Shown here: positions 9,778-18,249 of the stretch, in pieces
Layout: every line of letters begins with the position of its first letter
Position numbering within the stretch: position 1 is the stretch's first letter
Assembly (NCBI GenBank): GCA_008501825.1
Contig: QQUA01000002.1
Coordinates: 232,695-296,694 of the forward strand
Direction of reading: 5' to 3'
DNA length: 64,000 nt
Source of the DNA: Planctomycetota bacterium
GTDB lineage: Bacteria > Planctomycetota > UBA1135
Position numbers and translations under genes: made by a program
The notes under the pieces: model-generated
Told to the model about the DNA's origin: nothing
Databases searched by the model: none
What the model saw: the letters and a program-made list of their open reading frames with translations, nothing else

Positions 9778-10500
9778 ATGGCAACCCATTCTCCCCTTCC
9801 AGCCGATACCCTGGAAAAGATCCTGATCTGGACTCGCGCTCACTTGGGAGAAGCCAGCGGCGCATTGCTCCAAGATCCGACCGTGCAGGAGCGGATCGCC
9901 CAGAGATTGATGCAAGGTGCCGAAACGGAGGACGCCGTCCTTGCCGGAATCCACGGCGCCATGCATAAATCTCCCTATGCGATGGATGAGTTCATTGCTT
10001 ATTTTCATCATTCCATTCTGCTGCTCAGCCGGAGAAACATGTCGCCGGCCTTGCGCCGGGCTCTGGACACCGCCGACCTGGCCCAGTCGGTGTGGAAAGA
10101 TCTGGTGGCCGATCTGGGAGACATTCGATTCTATAACCGGGCGGCGTTCATTTCTCTGATGGCCAAACGCTTGAGATGGAAGGCCGCCGATCGGCTTCGA
10201 AACTCGAAAACCCTCTCCAGGCGCTTGGATTTGCAGGTTTCGTTGCAATCTGACTTGGACGGCGTGGATGGCGAGAAGGCCCGGAAAACGGTTCATCCTT
10301 TGTCCAATTTGGTGCGGGAAGAAGAAAGGCGGGAACTTGCGGAACGAATTCTTCAACTTCCCAAGGCCGACCGAGAAATGATCCGCTATCGACTTCAGGG
10401 TATGTCGAAAGAAGAAATCCAGGAACGGACCGGCTGGACCGCAGCTCAAATAAAAGCCTCCATGCAAAGAGCCCGGAGGCGCTTGCGGAATCCGGAATAA
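9778..10500 (+). CDS. ECF-type (sigma-70 family) RNA polymerase sigma factor with a ~65-aa N-terminal extension
   Basis: Sigma-2-like segment DTADLAQSVWKDLVADL. Sigma-4 HTH segment ADREMIRYRLQGMSKEEIQERTGWTAAQIKASMQRARRRLR. It is divergent from the kinase gene, ~91 nt apart. Confidence 0.8.
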   Translation: MATHSPLPADTLEKILIWTRAHLGEASGALLQDPTVQERIAQRLMQGAETEDAVLAGIHGAMHKSPYAMDEFIAYFHHSILLLSRRNMSPALRRALDTADLAQSVWKDLVADLGDIRFYNRAAFISLMAKRLRWKAADRLRNSKTLSRRLDLQVSLQSDLDGVDGEKARKTVHPLSNLVREEERRELAERILQLPKADREMIRYRLQGMSKEEIQERTGWTAAQIKASMQRARRRLRNPE

Positions 10501-10501
10501 A

Positions 10502-10530
10502 CCGTCCCCGGAAATGATTTCCGGAGACGG
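10502..10530. terminator. Hairpin between convergent genes
   Basis: CCGTC-C-CCGGAAAT-G-ATTTCCGG-A-GACGG sits 2 nt after the sigma-factor stop. The T-run is only distal (~10543). Confidence 0.4.
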
Positions 10531-10555
10531 CGCCAGCATTCCTTTTTCCCCAAGA

Positions 10556-11500
10556 TTATTGAATCGTCGTCGCCACCGTATTGGACAGGGTGCAACTGGA
10601 AAGATCCAAAGCCTGAAACCAAATTTGCAGGCCGGTCAAACCAGGAGGCACGTTGCCGGCGAACACCGCGGTTCCAGAAGCATCGGCGATCACCACGCCC
10701 AACACCACCGGGCTCAACAAATCGACGTCGAGGGTACCGCAGGAACCGGCGTTCACGCTGGTGGTTCCCAATCCGGTAACCGAGTAAGCAAAACCGACCG
10801 GCCCTTGGGCGGTACCGTTGGAGGCGGTCAAGGATCCAGGATTTCCGGACACCAAGGCGGAAGCTTGCAAATCAAAGGCCGGACCTCCGTTCGGGTCGAC
10901 CACGTCGATCAGATCGATCCAACTTGTGGGCAAGTCGGAGTTGGCCCAGCGGTTGACGAAGATGCGAACTTGGCTCAGGCTGCCGTTTCCGGGCCCGCTG
11001 GAAATGAGGGAGCCATTTCGGAACAGGCTTACATTGCCGGAGTTGTCTCGAGAATATTGATAGGAGTCGCCGGGGACGTAAGGAAACAACCCTCCTCCCC
11101 CAGGTCCGGAAACCACCGTTTCCAAATTACCCGAAGCATTCTCGAAGATGCGGATGCTGAATCCGCCGCCGCCCAGCAAAGACAAGTTGAATTCCCCTTG
11201 CTCATTGAGGACTTTCGAAAACATGATGCCGCCGAATTCGACTTCGAGGGCGCCGCTGGTTGCAGGGAAATCGCGACTCACTTCCAAGGTCGAACTCATG
11301 CTGGGATTGACCGGAGTCAATTCGAAGATCTGCAGCATGGAGTTGAATTCGGCGTAAGACCAGTCACTGGCATTGGTCATCGACGCATTCCAATCGGCGT
11401 GCAATACGCCGTCGTCGAAGTCATCGTGCAGCAGGGTCTGCTGGGCGAAGGCCGGGCAGGCCAAGGCTCCTAAAGCCAGCAAAGCGAATGAACGGTACAT
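10556..11500 (-). CDS. Secreted protein: LamG/jelly-roll-like N-terminal domain plus the shared C-terminal module
   Basis: Signal peptide MYRSFALLALGALACPAFAQQ. The mid region is Gly/Asn/Ser-rich and beta-type. The C-terminal ~105 aa is colinear with the ends of the genes at 46856-47809 and 59546-60583 (IWFQALDLSSCTLSNTVATTIQ). Confidence 0.6.
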   Translation of the reverse strand: MYRSFALLALGALACPAFAQQTLLHDDFDDGVLHADWNASMTNASDWSYAEFNSMLQIFELTPVNPSMSSTLEVSRDFPATSGALEVEFGGIMFSKVLNEQGEFNLSLLGGGGFSIRIFENASGNLETVVSGPGGGGLFPYVPGDSYQYSRDNSGNVSLFRNGSLISSGPGNGSLSQVRIFVNRWANSDLPTSWIDLIDVVDPNGGPAFDLQASALVSGNPGSLTASNGTAQGPVGFAYSVTGLGTTSVNAGSCGTLDVDLLSPVVLGVVIADASGTAVFAGNVPPGLTGLQIWFQALDLSSCTLSNTVATTIQ

Positions 11501-11634
11501 GGGTTGCTCCTCAATGGTTGGGGTTGCTATTCAGGGGTTGGGCTGATTCAGCCCTGCCCGTTGAAGAGCGAACTCCAAGACGGAGCACGGTTTCTTTGTA
11601 GAAAATCCGAAACGGAGATCTTTCCGGTAGGCGG

Positions 11635-12051
11635 CTAGAGCAGGCGATAAGTGCCGTCGCCCATGGCCTTCAGCCGGCCTTCGGAAGCCAATTTTTGCCA
11701 GATCTCCTCGGAGAAACCATTCGGCGGTTGAATGCCGGCGATGCTGGTATCCCGTCCGGAGCTGAAGGGCCCGCCGCCGATTTTGGACTCGTCATCCAAA
11801 ATCATCAGCTTCCATCGTTTCTTAAACGCCTGTAAGGCCTGGCGAGCCTTGGCTTTCTCCGGGTCGGCCTGGCTCAGCCGGTGGCACAGGGCCTCCAAGC
11901 CGTCCAAATCTTGCTCCAAGACGATGGCCTCAACCTCTTCCTCAGGCACCTGATCCGCCAATAAAAGCTCCAGAGCTTGTTCCCATAGGGCCTCCTCCTC
12001 TGGACTTTTCTTAAGTTGGCGTAACAGTTTCCGGAGTTTGTTGAGAGACAT
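11635..12051 (-). CDS. Hypothetical protein (acidic helical N-terminal half)
   Basis: 138-aa ORF with an ATG start and coherent composition. I recognise no motif. Confidence 0.45.
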   Translation of the reverse strand: MSLNKLRKLLRQLKKSPEEEALWEQALELLLADQVPEEEVEAIVLEQDLDGLEALCHRLSQADPEKAKARQALQAFKKRWKLMILDDESKIGGGPFSSGRDTSIAGIQPPNGFSEEIWQKLASEGRLKAMGDGTYRLL

Positions 12052-12113
12052 GAGCTAGCTCCAGCCTAAAGCCGCGGCCACTCCTGCGCCGTTCCTATGG
12101 CAGAATTCATGGG

Positions 12114-13925
12114 ATGCGTTTCTCCCCACTTCCCCTCATCGCCTGCGCCGGCGCCTTGGGCCTCGGCGCCCTCGCCAGCCTGGACGCGGTCCCTGAGCCC
12201 CTGGAATGGGGTCCCGGGCCGGTTCACCTGCTCCCCTTCGGCCTCATGGACGAGGTCCGGGATCCGGCCTACCAAGTGCCGATGCAGGTCCAGGCTTACC
12301 ACGAAGGCCAGGGAGGGGTTCATTTGCTGGCCCTGGAAGTCTTCGGACCCGGGGGGCAAGAGGTGGACCGCCTCGACCTTCAAGGCGAACGCCTAGAAGG
12401 CGATGACGGCCTGCTGAAGGGTTTCCACCAAATGCTGGAACGCCTGAATCCGGATATCTCCCACCGCCACCGCCAGCGCTTGTTCCTGCCGTTGAAAGAT
12501 CGGCCGAAACTGAGTCCGGAACAGGAAGGAGATCTGCTGCAACAAGTTTTGAAGGAAAGCGAGCGGCTACGGCGGCAAGGGGGCCAGCAGATATCGAACC
12601 TTAAGTTTTCCGTAGACCTGAACCGTTTGTTCCCCATGGACGCCCTGCCGGGAGACTCGGTGCCGTTGGAGATCGTGCTCCATTACGAAGACGCCCAAGG
12701 TCAATCCCAAAGCGTTCGTTACCGGCATGCCGTTCGCCTGTTGCCGCCTTTCCTCGGCCCGCCTTCAGGATGGCAAGCCGGCCGCGGCGGTGGCTTCTGG
12801 GCCACCGGCGACTTGCACGTCCACAATTGCCGCGATCAGGCTCTGTTGGGTTGCCCCAATTGCGCAGCCGAGTCCTTCAACGTCACCGGGGCTTACACCA
12901 ACGCCGATCTGAAGCCGCAGTATCAATCGTTGGGCTTCAGTTTCTTCAGCACCACGACCCACTCTTACTGCATCAATAACGATACCGAATTCCAGTTGAT
13001 TGCTTCGGAAGCGTCCAGCCTGGACGATCCCCAGTTCCAAGTGGTCCTGGGAACGGAATTGACTTGCCGGGAAACCGGGCCGCAGAGTGGCGCGGACATC
13101 AACGACGCCGTTTGCCTGTTGGGCGGAAACTTTTTCACCGGCATCAACCACATGGGCGGCCATTTCCTGCAGACTCGCAAACCCGGCGGCCAAGAAGGTT
13201 TCTTGGACAATTGTGATTCGCCCCTGTACGACCAAAGCGTCAACGTCAGTGAAGTCAATGCCGAAGGCGGTTTCACCATCGCCAACCATCCCGGTGGCGA
13301 CACTATCAGTTTCAATTCGGTCAGTTGGTTTCGCGGATTGGAAAGCGGCCAAGCCCACGGCACCGAAATCTGGAACGGAGGTCAATTCAACGCCAACTTC
13401 GATCACAAGAAGTGGTGGGTCGATCGCCTGTTGGAAGGCAAATTCACTTACCCCTACTCCGGAAGCGACACTCACGACGCCGCGTACAACTTCGGCGCCG
13501 TTCACACTTGGGTGGAGGGCGCTCTAAGCGATCAAAGCCTGAGAGATGCCCTGAAAAGCGGCCGGCACTACTTGAGTAACGGCCCCTTCCTCAGCGGGCG
13601 TTTGTTCGACAATGGCGGCCGCAGCCTGGAAATGGGTCAATACGTGATCGTGGCCGCCTCCTCGGTACCGCCGAACTACCCGGTGTCTTACGAAGTGAGC
13701 TACAACATCGGCACCGATACCGCCGACATTTACGTCTTCCGGGGCACGGTCGGGGACGCCAGTGAGGTGGAAGTTCAAGTCTTCCAAGGCTTGACCGGTT
13801 CGGGAACCGTAACCGCCGTCACCACCGTGCCGACCAACGGCTCCTCCTGGTACCGAGCGGAACTCTCAGGCGCCGGCGGCTCCCTGGCCGCTTACACCTC
13901 GCCGAGCTTCGTAGTGTTGCAGTAA
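12114..13925 (+). CDS. Exported PHP-domain (CehA/McbA-like) metal-dependent phosphoesterase
   Basis: Signal peptide MRFSPLPLIACAGALGLGALA. PHP-like metal-ligand series WATGDLHVHN, TTTHSYC, GTELTC, IANHPGG, GTEIWNG and YSGSDTHD. The C-terminal tail is beta-rich. Confidence 0.6.
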   Translation: MRFSPLPLIACAGALGLGALASLDAVPEPLEWGPGPVHLLPFGLMDEVRDPAYQVPMQVQAYHEGQGGVHLLALEVFGPGGQEVDRLDLQGERLEGDDGLLKGFHQMLERLNPDISHRHRQRLFLPLKDRPKLSPEQEGDLLQQVLKESERLRRQGGQQISNLKFSVDLNRLFPMDALPGDSVPLEIVLHYEDAQGQSQSVRYRHAVRLLPPFLGPPSGWQAGRGGGFWATGDLHVHNCRDQALLGCPNCAAESFNVTGAYTNADLKPQYQSLGFSFFSTTTHSYCINNDTEFQLIASEASSLDDPQFQVVLGTELTCRETGPQSGADINDAVCLLGGNFFTGINHMGGHFLQTRKPGGQEGFLDNCDSPLYDQSVNVSEVNAEGGFTIANHPGGDTISFNSVSWFRGLESGQAHGTEIWNGGQFNANFDHKKWWVDRLLEGKFTYPYSGSDTHDAAYNFGAVHTWVEGALSDQSLRDALKSGRHYLSNGPFLSGRLFDNGGRSLEMGQYVIVAASSVPPNYPVSYEVSYNIGTDTADIYVFRGTVGDASEVEVQVFQGLTGSGTVTAVTTVPTNGSSWYRAELSGAGGSLAAYTSPSFVVLQ

Positions 13926-13945
13926 AACCACACCACGCTTGTTGA

Positions 13946-13983
13946 AAAACCCGGTGGCTTCAGGGCCATCGGGTTTTCTTTTT
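13946..13983. terminator. Rho-independent-type bidirectional terminator
   Basis: AAAACCCGGTGGC (13946-13958), loop TTCAGG, GCCATCGGGTTTT (13965-13977). There is one G-U wobble, an A-tract upstream and the T-tract TTTTCTTTTT downstream. It lies between convergent genes. Confidence 0.6.
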
Positions 13984-14011
13984 GAACACTGCCCTCAGCC
14001 GCAAACCAAAA

Positions 14012-14776
14012 TTACGAGGCAGGAAGCAAGCTGCCCTCGGAAATGATTCGCTCTAAATCTTGTTCCACTCCTCGAACACAGGTTTGGAACAGTTGCTCGC
14101 CGGCTTGGGAACTGGCCAACTCCGGAGCCGATCCGATGCGCCCGTCCGGATAGAGGCGGCGATATTTCTCGGGGCTTAGCGGCCACTCGTCCGGGTAATC
14201 CGCCGCCACTCCTTGGGGAGCGGTCCCGACCTTGCCTGGACACAAAAACATGGTTTGCGAAATTTCGCTTGGAGTGGCGTGGCAACCGTTTCGATCGCCG
14301 AACAACTTTTGGTCCAAAGCCTCGATCTCCTCAAAGGTCCACCAGGAACGGCAATGAACCCGAGTCGGGTGAGCCGGCTCCTCCTGGTTCCAGGCGTCTC
14401 GAACCTGCTCGAGAGATTCATCGTTACCACCATGGCCATTCAAAAAGTAAATCCACGGCAACGGCCATCTGGCAATGGATCGGATCAGGTCCTGCAGGAC
14501 CGCCTGTAAAGTCTCCGGACGCAAAGAAACGGTCCCTGGAAAGCCCAAGTGGTGATCGCTGGCCCCGAGGGAAAGGGTCGGGCCCAACAGGTGGCCGCTA
14601 CGTTCACAAGCCGCCGCCGCCACCGCTTGAGGAATGAGAAAATCGGTCCCGATCAATCCGTTCGGTCCATGTTGCTCGGTGGCTCCGATCGGTATCAAAA
14701 TCCCGCGATTCGATTTCGCCGCCCGTTCAACTGTAGGCCAACTTAATTCAAAAAGGGCATGAGAATCCATGGCCAA
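14012..14776 (-). CDS. Creatininase-family amidohydrolase
   Basis: The family hallmark is ILIPIGATEQHGPNGLIGTDFLIP, plus FLNGHGGN. Confidence 0.8.
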   Translation of the reverse strand: MAMDSHALFELSWPTVERAAKSNRGILIPIGATEQHGPNGLIGTDFLIPQAVAAAACERSGHLLGPTLSLGASDHHLGFPGTVSLRPETLQAVLQDLIRSIARWPLPWIYFLNGHGGNDESLEQVRDAWNQEEPAHPTRVHCRSWWTFEEIEALDQKLFGDRNGCHATPSEISQTMFLCPGKVGTAPQGVAADYPDEWPLSPEKYRRLYPDGRIGSAPELASSQAGEQLFQTCVRGVEQDLERIISEGSLLPAS

Positions 14777-14837
14777 ATGCTACCAAACCTGGAATCACTC
14801 CTTTGAATTCGAGGGCAACTTGCCCCAAAATGGATTT

Positions 14838-15338
14838 ATGAAGTTCGCTCTGAGGTGGTTCTGCCTATGCTTCGGCATCGCCGGAGCGGCCGGGTGCGGT
14901 GATTCGAACCAAGCTCCCACCGATTCCATGCCGGGTACCAAGCAGATTGACAAGCTGGTGCTGAGCGAAGAGGACTGGCAGCAAAAGTTAAGCCCGGAAC
15001 AATTCCACATTCTTCGGGAAGAAGGAACCGAGCAAGCGTTCACCGGCCGCTATTGGGATACCCAGGAAGACGGGATCTACCACTGCGCCGGCTGCGATTT
15101 GGCCTTGTTCGACTCGGCCACCAAATTCAAAAGCGGCACCGGCTGGCCCAGTTTTTGGAAACCGATCGATCCGGCCCACATCCTGGAAAACGAAGACCGC
15201 AAACTGTTCGTGCTGCGGACGGAAGTTCTATGCGCTCGTTGCGACGGCCACTTGGGTCACGTCTTCGACGACGGGCCACAGCCTACCGGCTTGCGTTACT
15301 GTTTGAACTCGGCAGCCTTGATGCTGAAAAAGCCTTAA
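14838..15338 (+). CDS. msrB: Peptide-methionine (R)-S-oxide reductase MsrB, predicted lipoprotein
   Basis: MsrB signature with two CxxC pairs: GIYHCAGCDLALFDS..KFKSGTGWPSFW, CARCDGHLGHVFDDGP and RYCLNSAAL. The start is set at ATG 14838, giving MKFALRWFCLCFGIAGAAGC with an AAGC lipobox. Confidence 0.9.
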   Translation: MKFALRWFCLCFGIAGAAGCGDSNQAPTDSMPGTKQIDKLVLSEEDWQQKLSPEQFHILREEGTEQAFTGRYWDTQEDGIYHCAGCDLALFDSATKFKSGTGWPSFWKPIDPAHILENEDRKLFVLRTEVLCARCDGHLGHVFDDGPQPTGLRYCLNSAALMLKKP

Positions 15339-15781
15339 AGAAGAACGGAGGTCTGTCCCTCTTCCGGGGTTTCCATTTCCGAAATCGGAGCGGTATTCGG
15401 CGCCAGGAAAAACCGGCCGACAGCGGCTTCAAACTCATCGCCGTTATCCCGTTCCATTCCATAATGCCCTTCCATCGAGCCCCATTCGGTCGGCAAGGGG
15501 CACCAGCTCATGTACTGAAAGCTTTCTCCAGGCTCCAGGCGCGGTTGGTGGCCCACCACTCCCGAACCGCGGACTTCCCGCTTATGGTTTTCGGAATCCA
15601 AGATGAGCCAATAACGCTTGAGCAGCCGGGCGGCCAGCTCGCCTTCATTGGTAACCACCACTCGATAGGCATAGACAAATTGACCGTTGTCCGGATCCGA
15701 GTGCTCCGGCACGAATTGGGCCGCCACTTGGATCCTTATTCCATCCGTGGTTGTATCGGAATGTCCTGATTGTTTCGCCAT
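15335..15781 (-). CDS. apaG: ApaG (DUF525) protein
   Basis: GIRIQVAAQFVPEHSDPDNGQFVYAYRVVVTNEG...GVVGHQPRLEPGESFQYMSWCPL matches the ApaG fold signature. The start is set at ATG 15781. Its stop shares a TTAA with the msrB stop. Confidence 0.85.
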   Translation of the reverse strand: MAKQSGHSDTTTDGIRIQVAAQFVPEHSDPDNGQFVYAYRVVVTNEGELAARLLKRYWLILDSENHKREVRGSGVVGHQPRLEPGESFQYMSWCPLPTEWGSMEGHYGMERDNGDEFEAAVGRFFLAPNTAPISEMETPEEGQTSVLL

Positions 15782-15867
15782 GGTGCTCCTGCGCCTATCC
15801 AATCTAGGCGAAAAGACCATCCTCTCCAAGCCCAGAACCGTTTGGCCTCAGCGCTCAAAGTGGTAAT

Positions 15868-17712
15868 TTGGCTGCTTGCGCCCTCCTGGACGCGTTCCAC
15901 CCCTTAACCCCTCTCATACCCGGAGTTCTCGTGCAGCTCGCGACCCTTTCCCTTCTCCTTTTTGGGATTTGTGCTGCCCCGCAAACAGGGCAACAAGATG
16001 CCCTTTCGACCCTGGCCCCCCTGGGGGAAAAGCCTGCCGCCACCCTGATTACCGAGGACCACGATCCTCGCCTGGTGCAGGTCAAGTTCGTCCACGACAG
16101 CGGAGTGCGTCTCCGCCAAGGCCGTTTCGTCGGCACCGGGGACGATCTGGAAGCCATCAACGGCACTTTGGACGGCCTCGGCGTCACCCGGAAACGGCTG
16201 TTCCAGCAATCGGAAAGCTGGTTGGAAAACTGGCGGCTGCAGGGGGAAGCCCGCAGCGGCATTGCGCTCCACGACCTCAACCTGTTCTTCCTGGTGGAAT
16301 TGCCCGAGGACGGCCTGGTTGGCTCGGTGTGCGATTGGTTGAACACCTTTGACATGGTGGAGCTGTCCTGGCCGGTCGGAAGGGTGGAAGACCCCAACGT
16401 GATTCCGGTCCATCTGCAGAGCAACTTCAGCACCCTGTTGCCCTCCCCCGATTTCCAGAACCTGCAAGGCTATCGGGAAGCGGCTCCCCTGGGAGTCGAC
16501 GGCGACTGGGGCAACCTGTTCAGCGGTGGCCGGGGTATCGGCACCGTGATCGCGGACGTGGAAACCGGTTGGACCGACGACCACGAAGACATCGCGCATA
16601 AGGCTTTGGGCAACTACGTCGGCCTGCCCATGACTTACTACCCGTGGGACCACGGCACCGCCGTGTTCGGCGAACTGATCGGGGAAGACAACGGGGAAGG
16701 CGTGCTGGGCTTGGTCTACGAGGCGGACGTCCTGATGTCGACCCACCAGGGCAACTCAAACAACATTCCGACCGCCATCGCCCACGCCGCCAATGCCGTC
16801 GGGGTTGGTGACGCCGTGGTTTTGGAAGTGCAGTGCTACCACGGTCCGCCCTCGCCTCACCCCTGCGAATACGACGCCGGCATTTTCGCCACCGTGCAAA
16901 CCGCCACCGCCAACGGCACCCACGTCTTCGCCGCCGCCGGCAACGGCGACAACGACCTGGATAGCGGCGCCTACGGCGGAGCCTTCGACCGCAGCGTGCG
17001 CGATTCCGGAGCGGTCATGGTCGGCGCCAGCAACGGCAGTTCCCTAGACAAGGCCGGCTTCTCCAACTACGGCAGCCGTTGCGACGCTCATGGTTGGGGA
17101 TACGACGTCACCACCGCTGGCTACGGTTACCTCTACTCCGGAGGCACCGTGCAAACCGAATACACCGACTCCTTCTCGGGGACTTCCAGTGCCACCCCGA
17201 TCGTGACCGGCGCCGGCTTGATTCTCAACGCCGTCCACCGGGAAGCCTTCGGTTCGCCGATGGATCCCTTCGTCCTGCGGGATCTGTTGACCAACACCGG
17301 TACTCCTCAGGGAGCCGGCGGCAACATCGGCCCGCGGCCTGACGTGCGCCTGGCCCTGGAACGCCTGCAAGTCCCCAAAGTCATCATCGCCGGGAATTTG
17401 GTTCCGGGCGGCAGTGGAACCGCCACGATTTACGGCCCTTCTGGCGATACCTTCCACATGATGTACTCGAAGACCTTGGCGGCGACTCCGGCCTACATGC
17501 CGCCTTACGGCTACCTTTACTTGAGCACGCCCCTCGACCGTCATGAAATTGACGTACTGCCGGCCAGCGGGCAATTCACCTATAACTTCAACATTCCCAA
17601 CAACGGCGGGTTGTCCGGAACCACGATTGGCTACGTCCAAGGTGCGGTGCTGTTCAACACCCTGCCGGGAACCGGAACCTTCACCAACTATTACCCGATC
17701 GAAGTTCAGTAG
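15868..17712 (+). CDS. Secreted S8 (subtilisin-like) serine peptidase with a C-terminal beta-sandwich module
   Basis: Catalytic triad motifs GTVIADVETGW (D230), DHGTAVFG (H262) and GTSSATPIV (S440). The track start is TTG, and an alternative GTG at 15931 precedes the hydrophobic signal segment. The C-terminal ~110 aa (17374-17709) loosely resembles the shared module. Confidence 0.85.
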   Translation: MAACALLDAFHPLTPLIPGVLVQLATLSLLLFGICAAPQTGQQDALSTLAPLGEKPAATLITEDHDPRLVQVKFVHDSGVRLRQGRFVGTGDDLEAINGTLDGLGVTRKRLFQQSESWLENWRLQGEARSGIALHDLNLFFLVELPEDGLVGSVCDWLNTFDMVELSWPVGRVEDPNVIPVHLQSNFSTLLPSPDFQNLQGYREAAPLGVDGDWGNLFSGGRGIGTVIADVETGWTDDHEDIAHKALGNYVGLPMTYYPWDHGTAVFGELIGEDNGEGVLGLVYEADVLMSTHQGNSNNIPTAIAHAANAVGVGDAVVLEVQCYHGPPSPHPCEYDAGIFATVQTATANGTHVFAAAGNGDNDLDSGAYGGAFDRSVRDSGAVMVGASNGSSLDKAGFSNYGSRCDAHGWGYDVTTAGYGYLYSGGTVQTEYTDSFSGTSSATPIVTGAGLILNAVHREAFGSPMDPFVLRDLLTNTGTPQGAGGNIGPRPDVRLALERLQVPKVIIAGNLVPGGSGTATIYGPSGDTFHMMYSKTLAATPAYMPPYGYLYLSTPLDRHEIDVLPASGQFTYNFNIPNNGGLSGTTIGYVQGAVLFNTLPGTGTFTNYYPIEVQ

Positions 17713-17732
17713 ACTCGAAACGATCGACATGG

Positions 17733-17770
17733 ACCCGACTTTCCCAGGGAAGTCGGGTTCTTTCGTTTCT
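17733..17770 (+). terminator. Hairpin terminator after the S8 peptidase gene
   Basis: ACCCGACTT (17733-17741) pairs with AAGTCGGGT (17750-17758) and is followed by TCTTTCGTTTCT. Confidence 0.5.
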
Positions 17771-17775
17771 ATCGT

Positions 17776-18234
17776 TCAACCACGCTCGGGAAAGCGATAA
17801 CCGACTTTCTCGCTCAGGCGAACGGCGGATCGCATAAAAGACCCGGAACCCCGGGCGATCTCGCGCTGGCGCTGATCGTAAAGCACCGCCTCGGCCACGA
17901 ACATGCGCAGAGATTGATGCAGCAGTTTGCCTTTGGCGACGATGAGCCCCTGAGTCACCGGCCGCAATAGGTGAATGTGAAACTGAGAAGTCAGGATGAA
18001 AACATCCTTGACCTTGGAAGCGGCGGCGAACCAGGCGGCGTCGTCCAACATCTTGAAATACACCGAGCCGTGGACGGAGTGGGCGGCGTGAAACATGCGC
18101 GAATCCACTTCCATGGAAATTTCGGCGGTGCCTTCCCCGACTTGAAGCTTAGGACGGTAAAAATCATTGATCGGGCCGGAGGCATAGGCGGCTTCCAAGG
18201 CACGGTAATGATCTTGATCGTTGATCGTTTCCAC
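17776..18234 (-). CDS. PaaI-family hotdog-fold thioesterase
   Basis: 152 aa. HGSVYFKMLDDAAWFAA and the overall pattern fit PaaI/YdiI thioesterases. Confidence 0.7.
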   Translation of the reverse strand: METINDQDHYRALEAAYASGPINDFYRPKLQVGEGTAEISMEVDSRMFHAAHSVHGSVYFKMLDDAAWFAAASKVKDVFILTSQFHIHLLRPVTQGLIVAKGKLLHQSLRMFVAEAVLYDQRQREIARGSGSFMRSAVRLSEKVGYRFPERG

Positions 18235-18249
18235 GTTTCCGGCAAGTAG

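Noticed and set aside
10559-10879. Identifying the shared C-terminal module as a T9SS CTD, PEP-CTERM, LPXTG or MYXO-CTERM-type signal
   Set aside because: There is no PEP, LPXTG or Cys-containing sorting motif followed by a hydrophobic helix and basic tail. The proteins end in a polar beta-like segment. I cannot match it by eye to the T9SS CTD motifs, so it is reported only as an unnamed recurring module.
10514-11473. A 319-aa plus-strand ORF antisense to the secreted protein gene. There are similar long antisense or alternate-frame ORFs at 15904-16746, 18355-19362, 25521-26372, 30326-31426, 35452-36417, 35846-36784, 39086-40075, 48867-49652, 56837-57868 and 60011-60679.
   Set aside because: High-GC genomes generate long stop-free antisense frames. 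These translations are Arg/Gly/Pro/Ala-rich with no recognisable motifs. The opposite-strand ORFs carry clear family signatures or signal peptides.
11501-11560. Short direct repeats GGGTTGCT / GGGGTTGCT / GGGGTTGGGCT upstream of the secreted-protein gene
   Set aside because: There are only two or three imperfect copies of an 8-9-mer. One overlaps the likely ribosome-binding GAGGAG on the coding strand. There is no evidence that this is more than chance in GC-rich DNA.
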